Source: an uncultured Actinomycetes bacterium
GTDB taxonomy: Bacteria; Actinomycetota; Thermoleophilia; UBA2241
Reading direction: 5' to 3'
DNA: 64,000 nucleotides
Assembly: GCA_963725665.1 (NCBI GenBank)
Contig: CAVRZA010000001.1
Location: 96,001 to 160,000 of the forward strand
This document shows, piece by piece, positions 60,408-64,000 of the stretch. Below the pieces are notes generated by a model that saw only the letters and a program-made list of their open reading frames with translations, was not told where the DNA came from and ran no database searches. Each line of letters starts with the position of its first letter. Within the stretch, counting starts at the first letter, position 1. A program made the position numbers and the translations under genes.

Positions 60408-60447
60408 ACGGCGGAGGTCAGACGTTCGATTGTCCTGCCGTCGATCC
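60408..60447 (+). repeat. Decayed tRNA-Ala 3'-part copy (att remnant D)
   Basis: 31/40 gap-free match to the tRNA end, with the first 14 nt exact. Confidence 0.75.
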
Positions 60448-60559
60448 CACATGTGCCCCGGGGATGGGGCTGCGTGCCCGGTCGACGGGTTCTGAGCTGC
60501 CTGCAAGACCGCGGTTCTGGCACGTCCACGACCGCGATGACCTCTCGCGCATAAAGGCG

Positions 60560-60696
60560 TAGGCTGGGTCAGAGATCCCGCAGTCCTCTGGCTTCGGTGA
60601 TCCCGCGCAGTTGGCGACAGCGTGACCGGCCTCGTGATAGGCGATGGCCATCAGGCGCAGCGCAGGACACTCGCTGTCGTCGTCCGTCGCGCTCAT
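60560..60696 (-). pseudogene. Fragment with an M41/FtsH-like HEAGH motif; boundaries approximate
   Basis: AIAYHEAGHAVA with no recognisable continuation. Confidence 0.45.
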
Positions 60697-60805
60697 CCCA
60701 CGACCGCCAACTGCCCCACAGCCAGTCGAAGCCCGGCGTCGATCTTCTGCGCGGCCTCCTCCTGCATGCCCGGCACCACATGGCCGTACGTGCCTAAGTC
60801 CGCGA

Positions 60806-60866
60806 TGTAAAGCATGCTTGACACCACGGCCTCTCGTTGCTAGAGTCATGTCAAGCCAACTTTACA
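60806..60866 (+). promoter_or_regulatory. Sigma70 promoter flanked by two operators for the XRE regulator
   Basis: TTGACA-N17-TAGAGT; TGTAAAGCATGCTTGACA and TGTCAAGCCAACTTTACA match each other at 15/18 in inverted orientation. Confidence 0.85.
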
Positions 60867-60888
60867 CGAGGAAGGCAGAGGAGCTGTG

Positions 60889-61089
60889 ATGGTCAATCGG
60901 GTCAAGGATCTGCGCGTGGCGGCGGGTCTGCGCCAGGAGGATCTCGCCGAGAGCACCGGGGTCAGCCGCCAGACGATCATCTCCATCGAGCGCGGCCGCT
61001 ACAACCCGTCGCTCGAGCTCGCCTGGAAGCTGTCCAGGATGCTGGGCGTGACCATCGAGGAGCTCTTCTGTTTCACGGAGGGAGACTGA
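60889..61089 (+). CDS. XRE-family helix-turn-helix regulator
   Basis: NRVKDLR...QEDLA...VSRQTIISIERGRYNPSLELA...IEELF. Confidence 0.95.
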   Translation: MVNRVKDLRVAAGLRQEDLAESTGVSRQTIISIERGRYNPSLELAWKLSRMLGVTIEELFCFTEGD

Positions 61090-61090
61090 C

Positions 61091-61470
61091 ATGCGGACTG
61101 CACGCACGACCATCCTCATCGCGGTGGTGCTCGCGCTGCCGTATCTCGTCATCGGCCTGTGGTCTGACGGCCCGCTACGCCGCGACGACTCATCGGCGGC
61201 GGCATCGTCCTGCTCGTCGTCAGCGGACTCGCGGCCGCCTGGATGGCATGGCGCGGCAAGCGCATCGACGAGGCCCAGGACGAGCGCCAGACGTTCATCG
61301 TCGGCAACGCGATGCGCTTCTCGTTCTGCGTCATGGCCGTCGCCGTGCAGGCGTACTGGGCCTGGCAGTTCGCGAGCCAGGGCAACGCCGGCGACAGCTC
61401 GTTCTGGCTGCTCGTGGCCCTCTGGGGCTCGTTCCTCGGCGGCATCGTCTACAACCAGGCCAGACACTGA
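61091..61470 (+). CDS. DUF2178-like membrane protein, with two +1 frameshifts near 61172 and 61188
   Basis: Hydrophobic N-terminus, QDER motif, follows the XRE gene; removing two bases restores a single frame. Confidence 0.65.
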
Positions 61471-61491
61471 CCAGCACCGAAGGAGGACGTC

Positions 61492-61716
61492 ATGGCGAAG
61501 AGCAAGACGACACCGGGAACCGGGGCGAAGAAGAAGGTGGACACACTGGGAGAATGGATCGCCATCGGCGTCGGGGTCGGGGTCGCGTTCGGCGTGCTCT
61601 TCGGGCAGATCGGGCTCGGCATCGCGCTCGGCGCCGGCGTCGGCATCGTCATCGGCTCGGCCCTGGCGAGCCGCGGCGATGGGCGGCGCGCGGATCGCCA
61701 CGACTCTGACGCGTAG
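61492..61716 (+). CDS. Small glycine-zipper membrane protein
   Basis: GVGVGVAFG..LGIALGAGVGIVIG; AGGAGG RBS. Confidence 0.8.
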   Translation: MAKSKTTPGTGAKKKVDTLGEWIAIGVGVGVAFGVLFGQIGLGIALGAGVGIVIGSALASRGDGRRADRHDSDA

Positions 61717-61814
61717 CTCAGGCGGCGGGGCGCGACTCCCGGACGCAGTCGGGCAGCCTTCCCGCCGGCTGCGCCTCGCGCGAGTGCGGAGCGTCAACCC
61801 GCCAGCTGGGCGGA

Positions 61815-62546
61815 CTAGCCGCGGCCGAAGAGCTCCCTCAGGATGCTGCCGAACTCGAGGAGAGCATGTCGTCCTTCGCCTACGTAGACGGAGCCATGCA
61901 TCGTGGCGACGGTGGTGGGCTCCAGATCGGCGAGCTCGGCGAGCATCGGCTCGGTGGTCGGCGTATACGGCATGTAGTTCACGAGCGGCGTCCCCTCGAA
62001 GCTCTTCAGCGAGGCTCGGGTCCTCTCCAAGACATCCTCGCGAGCGATCGCTTCGGCCTTGCCGCTCTGGTGCAGGATATCGGAGGAGAAGAGCGTCTTC
62101 GTGGTTTCATCGAACAGGTGCCCAGCGTCCCAGCCGTGGGGGAGGTGGGGTGTCTGCAGGTACCGGACTCGATGCGCACCCGTCTCGATCACGTCGCCGC
62201 TCTTCAGGCCCTTGACCGGCCGCGAGGCGTAGTCCCACATGTTGATGAGGACGCCGGTCATGCTGCATATGGCCTCCGCCTGAGGAGCGGCCGCCAGCCA
62301 CTCGTTCAGGGCGCCACACTCGTCTATCTCGAAGTGACTGAAGCCGATCCATCTGATCGTCGCGGGGTCGATGACACGAGCGACCGCGTCGCGCACGCCG
62401 GGGAAGAGCGCACGCATGCCGGTGTGGTAGAGCAAGGGCTGCTCGTCTCGCACCAGGAACTGGCTGAACTCGAGGTCGGTTGGGGGTTCGAGATACGTCG
62501 AGATGCGAAAGACATCGGGGCCGATCTCGGCGACGTTGGTCTCCAT
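61815..62546 (-). CDS. MBL-fold protein (stand-alone FprA/ODP-like di-iron domain)
   Basis: SHFEIDECG, TPHLPHGWD, LFSSD, MHGS. Confidence 0.88.
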   Translation of the reverse strand: METNVAEIGPDVFRISTYLEPPTDLEFSQFLVRDEQPLLYHTGMRALFPGVRDAVARVIDPATIRWIGFSHFEIDECGALNEWLAAAPQAEAICSMTGVLINMWDYASRPVKGLKSGDVIETGAHRVRYLQTPHLPHGWDAGHLFDETTKTLFSSDILHQSGKAEAIAREDVLERTRASLKSFEGTPLVNYMPYTPTTEPMLAELADLEPTTVATMHGSVYVGEGRHALLEFGSILRELFGRG

Positions 62547-62772
62547 CCCTGGCTCCTTTCGGAAGTTCCCTGCCGAACGAGACGAGCTTGTGCGGTTCGT
62601 CGCCGCACCAAGGCACGCCTGGAAGATGCCCGCACAGGCGGCCGATGTGCCGCATTCCATCCTACCGCTGGTGGCCGTCGTTGTATGCGCTTGTTCGGGG
62701 AGCAAGCCGACGCCCGTGCGGTCTTGAGACCTCCCGCCCGTGGGTGCAGACTCCTCGGTGAAGGAGTGGTTC

Positions 62773-63027
62773 ATGCGTCGGCACGCACTCGGGGTCGTCG
62801 CGGTGTGTCTGAGCGCGCTGACGACGGGGACCGCCATCAAGGCGCCCGACGTCACCTACGGCGCACTCATCGGGGACGGCTTCACAGACGCGACCAGTCG
62901 AAAAGCCATCCGCGACGGCCTTGACGAGAGCGGCAAGCGACTGGACGAGGCCATGCCTCGCTGGCAGATGAGCGACGCGGACCTCGATGCTACGATCGCC
63001 TACCTCAAAGAGCTGGGCGCGCGTTGA
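62773..63027 (+). pseudogene. C-terminal remnant of a class I cytochrome c
   Basis: APDVTY..L, AIRDGLDESG.RL...MPRWQMSDADLDA.IAYLK; no CxxCH upstream. Confidence 0.6.
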
Positions 63028-63059
63028 GGACCGGCTGACGCAACCCATAGGAGGGCAGG

Positions 63060-64000
63060 ATGACGGCCCGCACCATCCTCATCACCGGCGCCGCAGGCAA
63101 CCTAGGTGGCCTCCTTGCCGACCGACTGGCCGGCAGCGAGCACGATCTTCGCCTGATGGTGCATCGCACCGACGTCCGCGACGACCTCAAGCGCCGGCCC
63201 CGTACGCAGGTGGTGCGCGCCGATCTCGCCGACCCGGCGTCGCTCGGTCCCGCGGTCGCGGGCGTCGACACGGTCGTGCATTTCGCCGGGGTGCTGTTCG
63301 CACCGCGCCCCGAGCGGTTCCTTCCGGTGACCAACACGGCCTGGTTCGCCAACCTGCTGGAGGCCTGCCTTGCGGCGCGGGTGGACCGCTTGGTCCTCAT
63401 CTCGTTCCCTCACGTAGAGGGACCCACCACACCCGAGAGCCCCGCGAGCGGACGCCTTGACGGTGCGCCGGTCTCGGTGCACGCACGCACTCGGCTCGAG
63501 GAGGAGCGGCTGCTGTTCTCGCGCACCGCGGGGACGGCCACGACCCCGGTCTCCCTGCGGCTGGGCATGGTCTACGGCCGCGGTATCCTCATGATCGAGG
63601 CGGCGCGCTGGCTGGCGCGTCACCATCTGCTCGCCGTGTGGCGGCAGCCGATCTGGATCCACCTGATCTCGACTGCCGACTTCCTCGCGGGGACGGTGGT
63701 GGCCGCCACCGCCGATGGTGTGTCCGGCATCTACCACGCGGGGGACGACGAACCACTGCCGCTGCAGCGCTTCCTCGACGAGGCCTGCGCTGTCTGGGGC
63801 CTCCGCCGCCCCTGGCGGCTGCCGGTGTGGATGATCGTGGCCGGGGCCGCTGCCTGCGAGTTGGGCGCCGCGGTCCTGCGCACGAAGTCGCCGTTGACCC
63901 GCGACTTCATCACGATCGGGCGTGTGTCGTACTGCGGCGACACGCGGCGCTTCCGCTCGGAGCTGCTCTCGACGCTCGTCTATCCGACTCTCGAAACGGG
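63060..64000 (+). CDS. NAD-dependent epimerase/dehydratase family protein (runs off the window)
   Basis: MTARTILITGAAGNLG, DLAD, GVDTVVHFAG, LRLGMVYG. Confidence 0.9.
   Translation, partial: MTARTILITGAAGNLGGLLADRLAGSEHDLRLMVHRTDVRDDLKRRPRTQVVRADLADPASLGPAVAGVDTVVHFAGVLFAPRPERFLPVTNTAWFANLLEACLAARVDRLVLISFPHVEGPTTPESPASGRLDGAPVSVHARTRLEEERLLFSRTAGTATTPVSLRLGMVYGRGILMIEAARWLARHHLLAVWRQPIWIHLISTADFLAGTVVAATADGVSGIYHAGDDEPLPLQRFLDEACAVWGLRRPWRLPVWMIVAGAAACELGAAVLRTKSPLTRDFITIGRVSYCGDTRRFRSELLSTLVYPTLET

Noticed and set aside
62728-62745. Another inverted att core (GACCTCCCGCCCGTG)
   Set aside because: Needs two insertions and has no second half-site.

Overview
High-GC actinobacterial-type DNA; the gene content and protein styles suggest an anaerobic Thermoleophilia-like organism, which is an inference. 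Positions 1-24.4 kb look like backbone: a PQQ-propeller lipoprotein, pcm, acyP, HD proteins, an iron/metal-sensing cluster with DtxR/IdeR and CsoR-type operators, an HD-GYP protein with a sigma28-type promoter, secreted clostripain and GH9 proteins, and tag. Several of these genes carry single-base frameshifts, probably sequencing errors. An intact tRNA-Ala(TGC) at 24397-24472 is followed by about 36 kb of tandem cargo segments. They are separated by exact to decayed copies of the tRNA 3' half (25942, possibly 27378, 48493, 60248, 60408). They also share GC(A/T)AAC-N5-GC(A/T)AAC repeats and a gap-free conserved 132-bp right end, yet no intact integrase is present. The largest segment is a divergon with four non-pyrrolysine MttB-family methyltransferases, a corrinoid protein, a CocE hydrolase, an FAD oxidoreductase and peptide-type ABC transport, centred on a mirror-image promoter next to a DUF4268-like protein. 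The next segment encodes an ABC importer, an amidohydrolase, GntR, a Moco-sulfurase-like protein and a pyridoxamine-pyruvate transaminase homolog. All calls come from reading motifs by eye; no database searches were run.
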